From an uncultured Nitrospiraceae bacterium (GTDB lineage: Bacteria > Nitrospirota > Thermodesulfovibrionia > Thermodesulfovibrionales > Dissulfurispiraceae): a stretch of DNA of 26,123 nt. Under the pieces are notes generated by a model. It searched no databases. It had not been told where the DNA came from and worked only from the letters and a program-made list of their open reading frames with translations. How positions within the stretch are numbered: the first letter of the stretch is position 1; the number at the start of each line of letters is the position of its first letter. Positions 6,593-15,175 of the stretch are shown in pieces. The position numbers and the translations under genes are program-made. Where the stretch lies: the NCBI GenBank assembly GCA_947085205.1, contig CAMTVO010000030.1, positions 1 to 26,123 on the forward strand, written 5' to 3'.

Positions 6593-8851
6593 CTAATATC
6601 TTTCTGGTCTTGCTGTTTTCAGTCCCTTGAAATTATAACAGATGAATATAGAATATTCTCTCACCAAATGTCTTTTTTTATCATAAACCTGTAGCAACTT
6701 CTTTTCAGAGCTCTCAAAGGCCTCTGCTACCTTAGAAGGCATATCAGTATTGTCTATTCTAACAAAAATAGCATTTATGGTGTTTGTGTTGTCTTTGTTT
6801 TGTCGTATGTTCGCAGCATCGCTATTCATATCAGGCCACAGGTCATACTGATTCATTCTTCTGCCGAGGTTTATGCAGTATGTCTTAGGATGACCTTTTA
6901 CATAAAATGCAAGCTCGCTTGATACCTGATACCTGTCAGAGAAAATAAATACATGCCCTTTTTCTGAGATATTATTATAAATCATGCTCACCTCTGCGCC
7001 CAGTTCCTTCCAGCCCCTTAATCGTGATGTCGGATCGGTTTTAGGCGGCAAATTAAGAATTGCTGGATAATGACTTGCTACCGTAACAAGAAGCGCTAAG
7101 GAAATGCCCGCGATGAGTAATGCGTGACGAGCAACGCGTAACGAGTTCGGTTTTGAATTTTTAAGACTATTGCCTTCTGCCCCTTGACCTATAAAATATC
7201 TCGAAAATGCGATTATCCCTGCAATATAGCCTGTCATTGCCCAGTTCGGCTGCACCTTTGCCTGAATGCTCTTTAATAAGAAAAAAGCTATAACAGGTAT
7301 AGAAAAATACAATAGAAATCTTGATTGCAATAGTTCCCCTATCCATTGTCTCTTGTCCCTCGCCATTTTGAATAGGGCATAAAACATCATACCGAATAGG
7401 ATAGGTGTTATTATGCCTACCTGTGAGCCTAAAAATTCAAAAAATGTCTTTAAAGATATTTTTATTCCCTCATAAATATGCGCCTGTCCTGCCGTGTGTC
7501 TGATGGTGACCCAGTCGTGCTGAATGTTCCAGATAATTACCGGGCTGAAAACTGCGGCACTGATTAATAACGTAAGATATGGCTTCACAGTTTTAAGCAA
7601 AAATCTTTTTTCTGAAAACAATAGGAATAAAAAAGCGCACAAATAGAAAAACGTCATCGTGTATTTTGTTAATAGACCAAGCCCGATGGAAATACCGAGG
7701 AACAGCCAAAGACCGTAATGCGTAATGCGTGATGCGTGATGTGCATTTTCTTTTAACTCATTACTCATTACGGATAACGCATCACGATTTATTGCTTTCC
7801 AGAATATATACATGGAGAGAATCCAGAAAAATATAAACGGCGAGTCTATAGTAAAAATAACGCCGAATGGCGCAAACATCGGGATAATCTGAAACAGAAC
7901 AGCAGAAGATAGAGCGACCAATTCATTTTTTGACCCTTGACCCTCGTCCTGAGCTTGTCGAAAGATGACCCTTGGCCCTTCTCCATCGTACATATGAGTA
8001 ACAAGTTTGAACAGATAAATACTGCTCAATGCTGAAAAGATTACAGCCATTATCCTTATTCCAAAGATATTATCTCCGAATATGGAAGAGCCTATAAAAA
8101 TGAGATAGGCAATCATCGGCCCCTTTGAATAATAGCTTAGATCGAGTCTTCGAGACCATTCCCAGTAATGCGCCTCGTCCGGGCTTAGATTCAGCGGCCC
8201 ATGTAAAATGTAATAGACCCTGAAAACACTTATCACCAATAGAAAAGCGAAAAGCATTGTTGTGTAAGGCCTTATTTTGTAATGCAAGGACGCATATTTG
8301 TAAAGCCCAATAACCGTGAATGCGATAACAGTTCCGAAAATGGCGCCGGCAATAACGTCTGATGGATAATGCACTCCTACATACACCCTTGAAAAGGCAA
8401 CAAGACTTGCGAGGGCTATGGGATAAAGCCTCACCCATAAATCTATATATCTGCGTGTTAGAAAAAAGAGCGGTATTGCATAGGCAAAGGAATTAGTTGC
8501 GTGACTTGAAGGCATTGAGTATGAACCCGTGCAGCCAACTAAAAGCCTTGCCCCTTCGAGTGCATTGCAAGGCCTTATCCTGCCTATCAGATGTTTAAGC
8601 TCACCTGCCAGCCAGTCTGCAAGCAAAAAAGAAAAGATAGATACGCCCATTGCCGCAAAAACTGTTTTTATGTGTGCATCCTGTCCCTTATTTTTTAATT
8701 TATATGCCTTGAAAAGCATATATGCCACATAAGGCAGGATGAGAAGATAGCCTCTTGCTGTAAGAAAAGGCATCACTGCATCAAATAATACATTTGCAGC
8801 GCCGTGATTTATGAAAAAGAATAAGCTCTTATCAATATCAAAAACATTCAT
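6593..8851 (-). CDS. PAP2 phosphatase fused to GT39/ArnT-like membrane glycosyltransferase
   Basis: PAP2 motifs KHLIGRIRP, SMPSSHA, SRVYVGVHYPSDV, then SPDEAHYWEWS, YYSKGP, GLGLLTKYT, WNIQHDW, QPNW. Confidence 0.9.
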   Translation of the reverse strand: MNVFDIDKSLFFFINHGAANVLFDAVMPFLTARGYLLILPYVAYMLFKAYKLKNKGQDAHIKTVFAAMGVSIFSFLLADWLAGELKHLIGRIRPCNALEGARLLVGCTGSYSMPSSHATNSFAYAIPLFFLTRRYIDLWVRLYPIALASLVAFSRVYVGVHYPSDVIAGAIFGTVIAFTVIGLYKYASLHYKIRPYTTMLFAFLLVISVFRVYYILHGPLNLSPDEAHYWEWSRRLDLSYYSKGPMIAYLIFIGSSIFGDNIFGIRIMAVIFSALSSIYLFKLVTHMYDGEGPRVIFRQAQDEGQGSKNELVALSSAVLFQIIPMFAPFGVIFTIDSPFIFFWILSMYIFWKAINRDALSVMSNELKENAHHASRITHYGLWLFLGISIGLGLLTKYTMTFFYLCAFLFLLFSEKRFLLKTVKPYLTLLISAAVFSPVIIWNIQHDWVTIRHTAGQAHIYEGIKISLKTFFEFLGSQVGIITPILFGMMFYALFKMARDKRQWIGELLQSRFLLYFSIPVIAFFLLKSIQAKVQPNWAMTGYIAGIIAFSRYFIGQGAEGNSLKNSKPNSLRVARHALLIAGISLALLVTVASHYPAILNLPPKTDPTSRLRGWKELGAEVSMIYNNISEKGHVFIFSDRYQVSSELAFYVKGHPKTYCINLGRRMNQYDLWPDMNSDAANIRQNKDNTNTINAIFVRIDNTDMPSKVAEAFESSEKKLLQVYDKKRHLVREYSIFICYNFKGLKTARPERY
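7110..7144. repeat. in-frame heptamer tandem array (5 x GYRAYGM)
   Basis: GCGATGA GTAATGC GTGACGA GCAACGC GTAACGA inside the PAP2-GT39 CDS. Confidence 0.75.
7714..7786. repeat. in-frame inverted heptamer arrays
   Basis: CGTAATG x2 and CGTGATG x2 (7714-7741), spacer, then complementary-type TAACTCA TTACTCA TTACGGA TAACGCA TCACG (7754-7786). Confidence 0.85.
7931..7979. repeat. in-frame TGACCCT heptamer array interrupted by a REP-like 21-mer
   Basis: TGACCCT TGACCCT [CGTCCTGAGCTTGTCGAAAGA] TGACCCT TGGCCCT. Confidence 0.8.
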
Positions 8852-9276
8852 ACTATCTCAACCAGTGTGATATCGAATATCAGCGTCTTCCCTGCAAGGG
8901 GATGGTTGCAATCCATAGTCAGGGTGTTTTCGGATATGTTCACCACAGTAACCATTATAGGCATGCCGTCTGCCCTGTACATCTGGAGCCTCAAACCCAC
9001 TTCGATGTTAAAATTTCCGGGCATCTTTTTCCTGTCCATTACGAATACCCGTTCTTTTACATAATGTCCGTATCCAAATTCTGAGGGAATAGTTATCGTC
9101 TTTGTCTCTCCGGGATTCATGCCTATAACACCCTGTTCAAGGCCGGGAATAACCTCGCCTTCGCCTACAGTAAATTCAAGGGGAGGCCTGTTTTCTGATG
9201 AGTCAAATACTGTTCCGTCTTCGAGCCTTCCGACATAACGTATTCTGATTGCATCTCCTTCTTTTATCGCTACCAT
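8848..9276 (-). CDS. FKBP-type peptidyl-prolyl cis-trans isomerase (short SlyD/SlpA-like)
   Basis: YVGRLEDGTVFDSS, GEGEVIPGLE, DCNHPLAGKTL; no His-rich tail. Start 9276 preferred (SD GGGAG); alternative 9294. Confidence 0.92.
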   Translation of the reverse strand: MVAIKEGDAIRIRYVGRLEDGTVFDSSENRPPLEFTVGEGEVIPGLEQGVIGMNPGETKTITIPSEFGYGHYVKERVFVMDRKKMPGNFNIEVGLRLQMYRADGMPIMVTVVNISENTLTMDCNHPLAGKTLIFDITLVEIV

Positions 9277-9347
9277 TTCTTCTCCCTTTCTCATGCAATA
9301 AAGTTCATTAGTTTAGCATATGCCAGGGCCTAAAATGAGCGATTCCT

Positions 9348-9363
9348 TGTTCCACGTGGAACA
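9348..9363. promoter_or_regulatory. parS site (ParB-binding palindrome)
   Basis: TGTTCCACGTGGAACA, a perfect 16-bp palindrome matching the parS consensus. Confidence 0.9.
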
Positions 9364-9735
9364 TTATTCAATATTTTCAGGGGTTCTGTGCTTCAACCTT
9401 GCCCGTTTCTTCATCTTCGCCTTCTGCTTCCTTATCTTTTCTCCTTTTACGTCTTCTCCGGTCCGTCCGCCGGAAAGCCTCTCAATCCTCTCCAAAAGCT
9501 CCCGCCTTGCGAGAAAGCGGTTAACAGACTGGCTCCTGTCCTTCATGCATTTCACTTCGATTCCGGTAGGGATATGCTTTAGGCAAACACAGGTGGCTGT
9601 TTTGTTAACATGCTGCCCGCCCTTGCCTGACGAACGCACGAACTTCTCCTCGATATCCTTCTCGTGAATACCGAGCGCCTCCATCTTATCTTTAAGCCAT
9701 CTGTTTTTATCTTTGCTTACTGCAAAACTTACCAT
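9364..9735 (-). CDS. small GGQ peptidyl-tRNA hydrolase / release-factor-like protein (RF-1 domain)
   Basis: EEKFVRSSGKGGQHVNK, HIPTGI, RSQ..N, basic C-terminal tail. Start placed at 9735 (GGAGG SD) rather than the ORF-track 9867. Confidence 0.9.
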   Translation of the reverse strand: MVSFAVSKDKNRWLKDKMEALGIHEKDIEEKFVRSSGKGGQHVNKTATCVCLKHIPTGIEVKCMKDRSQSVNRFLARRELLERIERLSGGRTGEDVKGEKIRKQKAKMKKRARLKHRTPENIE

Positions 9736-9774
9736 ACCCTCCACCCGAAAAAATGCAATTATATAGTTGGCTGT

Positions 9775-9927
9775 ATGTGGGCATGGGCAGATAAAAGGCT
9801 TTCCCATCGCCACCGATGTAAGAAAAATAAACTCTGGAAAATAGTATAAAAGTTTACTCACCTGCATCTGCTAACAATTAAAACCAACTTGCGATTTGGA
9901 AAGACTTTTAGACGTCCATGCCCACAT
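9775..9927. other. unannotated long imperfect inverted repeat / candidate structured RNA
   Basis: Arm 9775-9810 pairs with arm 9891-9927, with a perfect 12-bp outer block ATGTGGGCATGG/CCATGCCCACAT and inner stems. Confidence 0.6.
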
Positions 9928-10198
9928 GAAATGTATTATTTGGATCCATGCAATTGAACCCAAACCTCTCATGAGCCTTTCCTGTTATAAAAGGGCATAA
10001 AACACATATACAGACCAATCTGCACAAAGGGCCAATGAAAATAACATGCCATGGCAAACTTGCAGGCAAAATTCACGGGTCTAATCTAACGAGGGGTAGC
10101 CTGAAGCTGCCCTGACATCTGTACTTGTAATAACATCTTCTTTATGATTTTTACACTTATACAATAGTGCGACAGCGCGACAGAGCGGCAACTTTGTT

Positions 10199-10382
10199 GT
10201 CATTCCCCGACCCCCTCCCCCTGATCAAGTCAGAGGGCATGTGTCATTCCCCGATTTAATCGGGGAATCCAGAGGGCATGTCCCCCGATCAAGTCGGAGG
10301 ACGGAATCAAGAAAATTGCTTCAGACTGGATTGTCCGGTCCCCCGATTACTACCTTCGAGGGCAGGCAAGCCGGACAATGAC
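10199..10382. repeat. nested REP/MITE-like palindromic element (GTCATT...AATGAC family), copy 1
   Basis: Starts GTCATTCCCCGACCCCCT, contains GGGGAATCCAG and CTGGATTGTCCGGTC, ends CCGGACAATGAC; shares blocks with 20293-20409 in reverse orientation. Confidence 0.85.
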
Positions 10383-10450
10383 AGACTTAGGCTGAAGGCT
10401 TAAGGCTGAAGAAAAACAAAAAAACTAAAAAAGCTTTTAACTTCAGCCTA
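10383..10450. repeat. heptamer array with inverted partner
   Basis: AGACTTA GGCTGAA GGCTTAA GGCTGAA, A-rich spacer, then CTTCAGCCTA (reverse complement of 10388-10397). Confidence 0.7.
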
Positions 10451-10470
10451 TACTCTATAGTTCTGTCGCT

Positions 10471-12837
10471 CTACATAACTACTTTAGTAACCCCTGCTCC
10501 GCCTTCTGGCTGTGTTCCACCTCTAAACTTTTTCACAAGGGGGTGTCCTGTCAAATATTCGCGAACGGCTTTGGATAGAATTCCTGTTCCTATTCCATGA
10601 ACAATTATAACCTCTGAAAACCCAGACAATGAAGCGTGATTAAGGAATGGCTCGAGTCTTGAGAGAGCATCATCAACCCTTAATCCTACAATGTTTATAA
10701 CGGATGATACAGCCTCATCCGCCTTCTCTACCTTAACAGCCTTTATTTCCGGCTCTAAGGACACCCCTTTTTTGAAGGTAATGTCCGATAGAGGCGCTTC
10801 GATTTCCATATTTCCTGCCCTTACCCTTACTCTGCTGTCTTTGCGATTAACCTTAAATACAGCCGCATCATAGCCTATCGACCTGACAAATACCATATCT
10901 CCTTCTTGCAATTCGCCTATGGACAGCACGGATTTATCGCCCTTATTAAGCTCCCTTATCTTTTCTGTAACAGACTCCTGCCTTGCTTCCACTTCTTTTA
11001 AAGCCTCTCTGATTTTCTCCTTACCCTTTTTCTTCATCTCATCAAGTAAGGTATGCATCTCCCTTTTGGTTTTAATGATAATCTCCGATGCCTCTTTGTA
11101 TGAATTTGAGAGTATTTCTTTTTGTTTCTGTTCTGTTTCGGCCCTCTTTTCTGCAAAAAGCCTCTCCTGCTCCTCTACTTCAGTCTGCTTCATGCGGAGT
11201 TCGTCCAGCGCCTTTTCGTACTCCCTCCGCTTTTCATTAAGGTCGCATATCAGGTTGTCAAGCTCTATCTTTCTTCCACCGAGAATATTCTTTGCAGCCG
11301 CAATAATGCCTTCCGGCAAGCCGTATCTCCTTGCTGTTTCAAGGGCATGGGACTGGCCCGGCTCGCCAACCCTTAATTTGTACAAAGGGGTAAAGGTCTT
11401 TTCATCGAACTCCATAGAGGCATTGAGTATTCCATCTGTCTTATGCGCAAAACCTTTTATGTCGGTAAGGTGCGTGGTGGCTAATACAAGGGCATTGCTA
11501 TGTTTCAGCTCTTTCAAAACAGCGCAGGCAATAGCCGCCCCTTCGTCAGGGTCCGTGCCTGTGCCGAGTTCATCAATCAGGATCATGGTATTTGAATCAG
11601 CCGTTTTCAGAATTTCAGAGATATTGGATACATGGGCAGAAAATGTTGAAAGATTGTTTTCGATGGATTGTTTATCGCCTATATCTACAAGCAGGTTGCG
11701 GATAAACGGAAAACTCGACGAAGAATCAGCAGGCACAGGCATGCCTGATAATGCCATAAGGGTGAGCAGTCCTATGGCCTTTATCGCTATGGTCTTTCCT
11801 CCGGCATTCGCTCCTGTTATGACCATTATTGTATTGTCTTCGCCAAGTCTTACATCCAGAGGCACGACCTCGCCTGCTTTGTCCTTACTTTGAAGCGCAA
11901 GCATTAAGAGCGGATGCCTTGCCTTTACAAGATTAATTGCATTCGCATCGTTTATTTCGGGGGTTTCCATGCCAAGCCTGTCGGCAAACTTTGCGATGCA
12001 GTTCATGACATCGAGATAAACTATGATGCCGTACTCTGTATGGATTTCATCTGCCACATCCCTTATCTTTGCGCTGATATTTCTGAGAATCCTTATCTCT
12101 TCCGTCTTTGCCTCTGCAATGATGTTTTCGAGCTCATTGGAAAGGCTTATTATCTTAAGCGGCTCCATGAATGCAGTTTCGCCCGACTTGGAGACATCAT
12201 GGACAACGCCCGGAACCCGACCTTTTGAATCCATCCTGACAGGAATAACCCATCTGCCCGACCTTTGGGTGATAAAGGTATCCTGCAGGAATATGGCGAC
12301 CCTTTCATCCCTGACTATCTCCTCAAGCTTCTTTCTTATCCTGTTTTCAAGCCTTTTAATGTCTGCCCTGAGTTTGGATAGGGTAAAAGATGCGCTGTCG
12401 AGGATATTGCCTTCGCTGTCAATGGATTTTTTGAGCATTTTCAACAGGTCTGGATGTCCTGCACGGCTGATTGTTAATTCGTTTAGATGAGATAACTCTT
12501 CGTTATCCCTTATCTGCTCCGATATTTTCAGTGCAACATTCAAAAAAACCATCAATCCCGAAAGCTCCTGAGGCTCAAGCACAGCGCCTTCAGGCCTGAT
12601 TTTTTGCAAGAGAGGGGCAATGTCAGGGAATGGCGAGATGCCGAGGGGATTGCCCTTCTGGGACATCAGCCTTATCTCATCTATCTGGCTGTACCGCCTC
12701 TCGATCTCTTGCCTGTCGTTAAGCGGTGAAATGGACAACACAGTCTTTCTGGATTCGTTGCTGTGTGCAAAATCAGCGATTATCTCCAGAAGCTTGTCGA
12801 ATTCAAGGGGTTGGAGGGATTGTTCCACGTGGAACAT
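10471..12837 (-). CDS. mutS2: endonuclease MutS2 (ribosome collision factor, Smr domain)
   Basis: 788 aa; LEFDK, ITGANAGGKT, LSTFSAH, DELGTGTDPDEG, coiled coil, KOW-like region, Smr IVHGIGTG..GGAGVT. Confidence 0.96.
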   Translation of the reverse strand: MFHVEQSLQPLEFDKLLEIIADFAHSNESRKTVLSISPLNDRQEIERRYSQIDEIRLMSQKGNPLGISPFPDIAPLLQKIRPEGAVLEPQELSGLMVFLNVALKISEQIRDNEELSHLNELTISRAGHPDLLKMLKKSIDSEGNILDSASFTLSKLRADIKRLENRIRKKLEEIVRDERVAIFLQDTFITQRSGRWVIPVRMDSKGRVPGVVHDVSKSGETAFMEPLKIISLSNELENIIAEAKTEEIRILRNISAKIRDVADEIHTEYGIIVYLDVMNCIAKFADRLGMETPEINDANAINLVKARHPLLMLALQSKDKAGEVVPLDVRLGEDNTIMVITGANAGGKTIAIKAIGLLTLMALSGMPVPADSSSSFPFIRNLLVDIGDKQSIENNLSTFSAHVSNISEILKTADSNTMILIDELGTGTDPDEGAAIACAVLKELKHSNALVLATTHLTDIKGFAHKTDGILNASMEFDEKTFTPLYKLRVGEPGQSHALETARRYGLPEGIIAAAKNILGGRKIELDNLICDLNEKRREYEKALDELRMKQTEVEEQERLFAEKRAETEQKQKEILSNSYKEASEIIIKTKREMHTLLDEMKKKGKEKIREALKEVEARQESVTEKIRELNKGDKSVLSIGELQEGDMVFVRSIGYDAAVFKVNRKDSRVRVRAGNMEIEAPLSDITFKKGVSLEPEIKAVKVEKADEAVSSVINIVGLRVDDALSRLEPFLNHASLSGFSEVIIVHGIGTGILSKAVREYLTGHPLVKKFRGGTQPEGGAGVTKVVM
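12821..12836. promoter_or_regulatory. parS site overlapping the mutS2 start codon
   Basis: TGTTCCACGTGGAACA, identical to 9348-9363; read as MFHVEQ. Confidence 0.9.
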
Positions 12838-13875
12838 TTACAGGACCATCCACTGCTGGGGCAAAAAGAGCCTTTCATATGTCATTAGGGCAAAGCTGTC
12901 CGTCATCCCTGCAATGAAATCGCATACCATCTTGTGCCTGTCGAGCTTCTTCTCAGGGGTAATATCTCCGGAAACTTCACATAGATGCTCAAGATAATAC
13001 TCGTAAAGAGCATTTAAAATGCCCTTTGCCTTGTTGAATTCCCTTCTTATTTCCTCGCCTTCATAGACCCTTTCGAAGAGAAAATCCCTCAGTTTATAAA
13101 CAACAACGGATATTTCCTCGCTCATTCCTACATTCGATAGACCTGAAGCAATACTTGCGTTAATCACATCCCTGACCATCGTATCTATTCTTTTGGAATA
13201 AGCCTCACCAATTGCCTTGATAATCTCCTTCGGCACTTCAGAGCGCTTGATAACACCTGCCCTGATTGCATCATCGAGGTCGTGATTGACATAGGCAATG
13301 ATGTCGGATATGCGCACAACAAGCCCTTCAAGGGTTGCAGGCTTGTCCTTAGGATTGTCCGAGACTATCAGACCCTTGCCTTTTGAATGCTTAACTATTC
13401 CATCTCTAACCTCGTAAGTTAGATTAAGCCCCTGCCCGCCTTTTTCAAGGAAATCAACGACCCTGAGACTCTGTTTGTAATGGTCAAAACCTCCGGGATG
13501 GATCTCTCTTAATATAGCCTCTCCTGCATGTCCAAAGGGGGTATGTCCCAAATCATGTCCGAGTGCAATGGCCTCCACAAGGTCTTCATTCAGCCTCAAT
13601 GCCCTTGCAATTGTCCTTGCTATCTGTGATACCTCAAGCACATGGGTAAGCCTCGTGCGGTAATGGTCTCCTTTGGGGGCAAGAAACACCTGCGTTTTGT
13701 GCTTTAATCTCCTGAATGCCTTTGAATGGATGATCCTGTCCCTGTCCCTCTGAAAGCATGTCCTTATATCATCTTCTTTTTCAGGCTTTGCCCTTCCCCT
13801 GCTCTTTGAACTCAGGCAGGCATTGGAATGAAGGATTTGTTTTTCTATCTGTTCTGTCTGTTCACGAATTGTCAT
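12838..13875 (-). CDS. dgt: deoxyguanosinetriphosphate triphosphohydrolase-like HD protein
   Basis: [52 protein letters not shown]. Confidence 0.93.
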   Translation of the reverse strand: MTIREQTEQIEKQILHSNACLSSKSRGRAKPEKEDDIRTCFQRDRDRIIHSKAFRRLKHKTQVFLAPKGDHYRTRLTHVLEVSQIARTIARALRLNEDLVEAIALGHDLGHTPFGHAGEAILREIHPGGFDHYKQSLRVVDFLEKGGQGLNLTYEVRDGIVKHSKGKGLIVSDNPKDKPATLEGLVVRISDIIAYVNHDLDDAIRAGVIKRSEVPKEIIKAIGEAYSKRIDTMVRDVINASIASGLSNVGMSEEISVVVYKLRDFLFERVYEGEEIRREFNKAKGILNALYEYYLEHLCEVSGDITPEKKLDRHKMVCDFIAGMTDSFALMTYERLFLPQQWMVL

Positions 13876-13957
13876 TGTTTATTTCAGCGTATTTGCTTCG
13901 AAAATGCTTTTGTTTTGTCATTATATTCCTTCACGGCTTCTAATGATTTATCTCCGA

Positions 13958-15175
13958 TTATTTCCTATTTATGATTTCCTGTCTAATGAGGTCGTTTTTT
14001 CTGACCCCTTCAGGGACTTTCATGTAGATTATGTTCTCGTTCCTTGCAGTGGCAATAGGATTATTTTCCTCATCACCCATAGATTCTACCAGAAAGGTTT
14101 GTCCCTCAAGCCAAGGTGAAAGAAATTCGACGATATCGCCTATATCAAGCCTGTTTCTCAGGGCTATCTTTGCGAAGTCTCCGGATACTTCAAGCACTAC
14201 CCCAACCAGTTCGTGGCTCATCCTGTAGCTTTCGCCGTCAAAGTTGTACCCGTCATCTGATTGTTTCCCGAAAAACATGCCGGTGGTGTACCCCCTGCTG
14301 CTGAACATTGAAAGCTCTCTGAGCCATCGCTCATTTACCGCATAAGGTTTCCCTTCCATAATTGAATCTACAGCCTCGCTGTAGGTCTTAACAACTCCTG
14401 CAACATAATTGATGCCTTTCATCCTGCCTTCGATCTTGAAGCTGTTAATCCCGGTATCCATTAGCAGATGGAGATGCTCGATCATGCAAAGGTCTTTTGA
14501 ACTCATAACATATGTCCCTCTTTCGTCCTCAAACACGGGGAAATGCTCTCCCGGCCTTTTTTCTTCCATGAGCGTATAGTTCCACCGGCATGAATTGGTG
14601 CATTCACCCTTGTTGGCGCTCCTCGAAGCAAGAAAACTGCTCATATAGCATCTCCCTGAATATGATATGCATATCGAGCCGTGGACAAAGACTTCAAGCT
14701 CTATGTTTGTGGCGTCCCTAATCTCCTTAATTTCCTCAATGGTCAACTCCCTTGAAAGTATCAGCCGCTTGGCGCCGAGGCCTTCCCAGAACCGCGCAGA
14801 CTCTACATTGGTGATATTTGCCTGTGTGCTGATGTGAATATCTATTTCAGGCGCCATTCTCCTAAACATTGAGAAAACCCCCGGATCAGAGAGTATGACT
14901 GCATCCGGCTTTATCTCCTTGAGGCTCTCTATGTGACGCTCGATGTAAGGTAAATCCATGTTATGAGGGAAAATGTTGGTGGTTACATATGCCTTGACGC
15001 CCTGACTGCGGGCATAATCTATGGCTGCTTTTAATTCATCGTTGTTGAAATTCCCGGCCTTGCCGCGGAGGCTGAACCGTGAGTCTCCAATATAAACAGC
15101 ATCAGCGCCGTAATAGATCGCTATCCTTAATTTCTCAAAATTCCCGGCAGGCGCAAGGAGCTCAGGCCTTTTCAT
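13958..15175 (-). CDS. peptidase U32 family protein (TrhP/YegQ-like, probably tRNA hydroxylation)
   Basis: [53 protein letters not shown]. Confidence 0.92.
   Translation of the reverse strand: MKRPELLAPAGNFEKLRIAIYYGADAVYIGDSRFSLRGKAGNFNNDELKAAIDYARSQGVKAYVTTNIFPHNMDLPYIERHIESLKEIKPDAVILSDPGVFSMFRRMAPEIDIHISTQANITNVESARFWEGLGAKRLILSRELTIEEIKEIRDATNIELEVFVHGSICISYSGRCYMSSFLASRSANKGECTNSCRWNYTLMEEKRPGEHFPVFEDERGTYVMSSKDLCMIEHLHLLMDTGINSFKIEGRMKGINYVAGVVKTYSEAVDSIMEGKPYAVNERWLRELSMFSSRGYTTGMFFGKQSDDGYNFDGESYRMSHELVGVVLEVSGDFAKIALRNRLDIGDIVEFLSPWLEGQTFLVESMGDEENNPIATARNENIIYMKVPEGVRKNDLIRQEIINRK

Noticed and set aside
9736..9867. N-terminal extension of the RF-like ORF (likewise 18535-18627 for serA)
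   Set aside because: The extensions run through hairpin elements; the downstream ATGs have strong SD sequences and match family N-termini.
9775..9927. Retron msr-msd (terminal inverted repeats)
   Set aside because: No reverse transcriptase is encoded in the window; kept only as an unassigned structured element.
10199..10450. CRISPR array
   Set aside because: The repeats are nested palindromes and short tandem units, not equal-length repeats with unique spacers; there are no cas genes.
10919..11893. 324-aa + strand ORF and other long antisense ORFs (547-1041, 12023-12490, 25613-26116)
   Set aside because: They are Ser/Phe/Leu-rich shadows lying opposite well-supported genes (mutS2, rsmG, mgtE) and carry no recognisable motifs.
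13862..13921. 19-codon ORF ([19 protein letters not shown], - strand) with GAAGGA upstream, overlapping the dGTPase start
   Set aside because: Too short to support from sequence alone; it may be chance or a remnant of a shifted U32 C-terminus.
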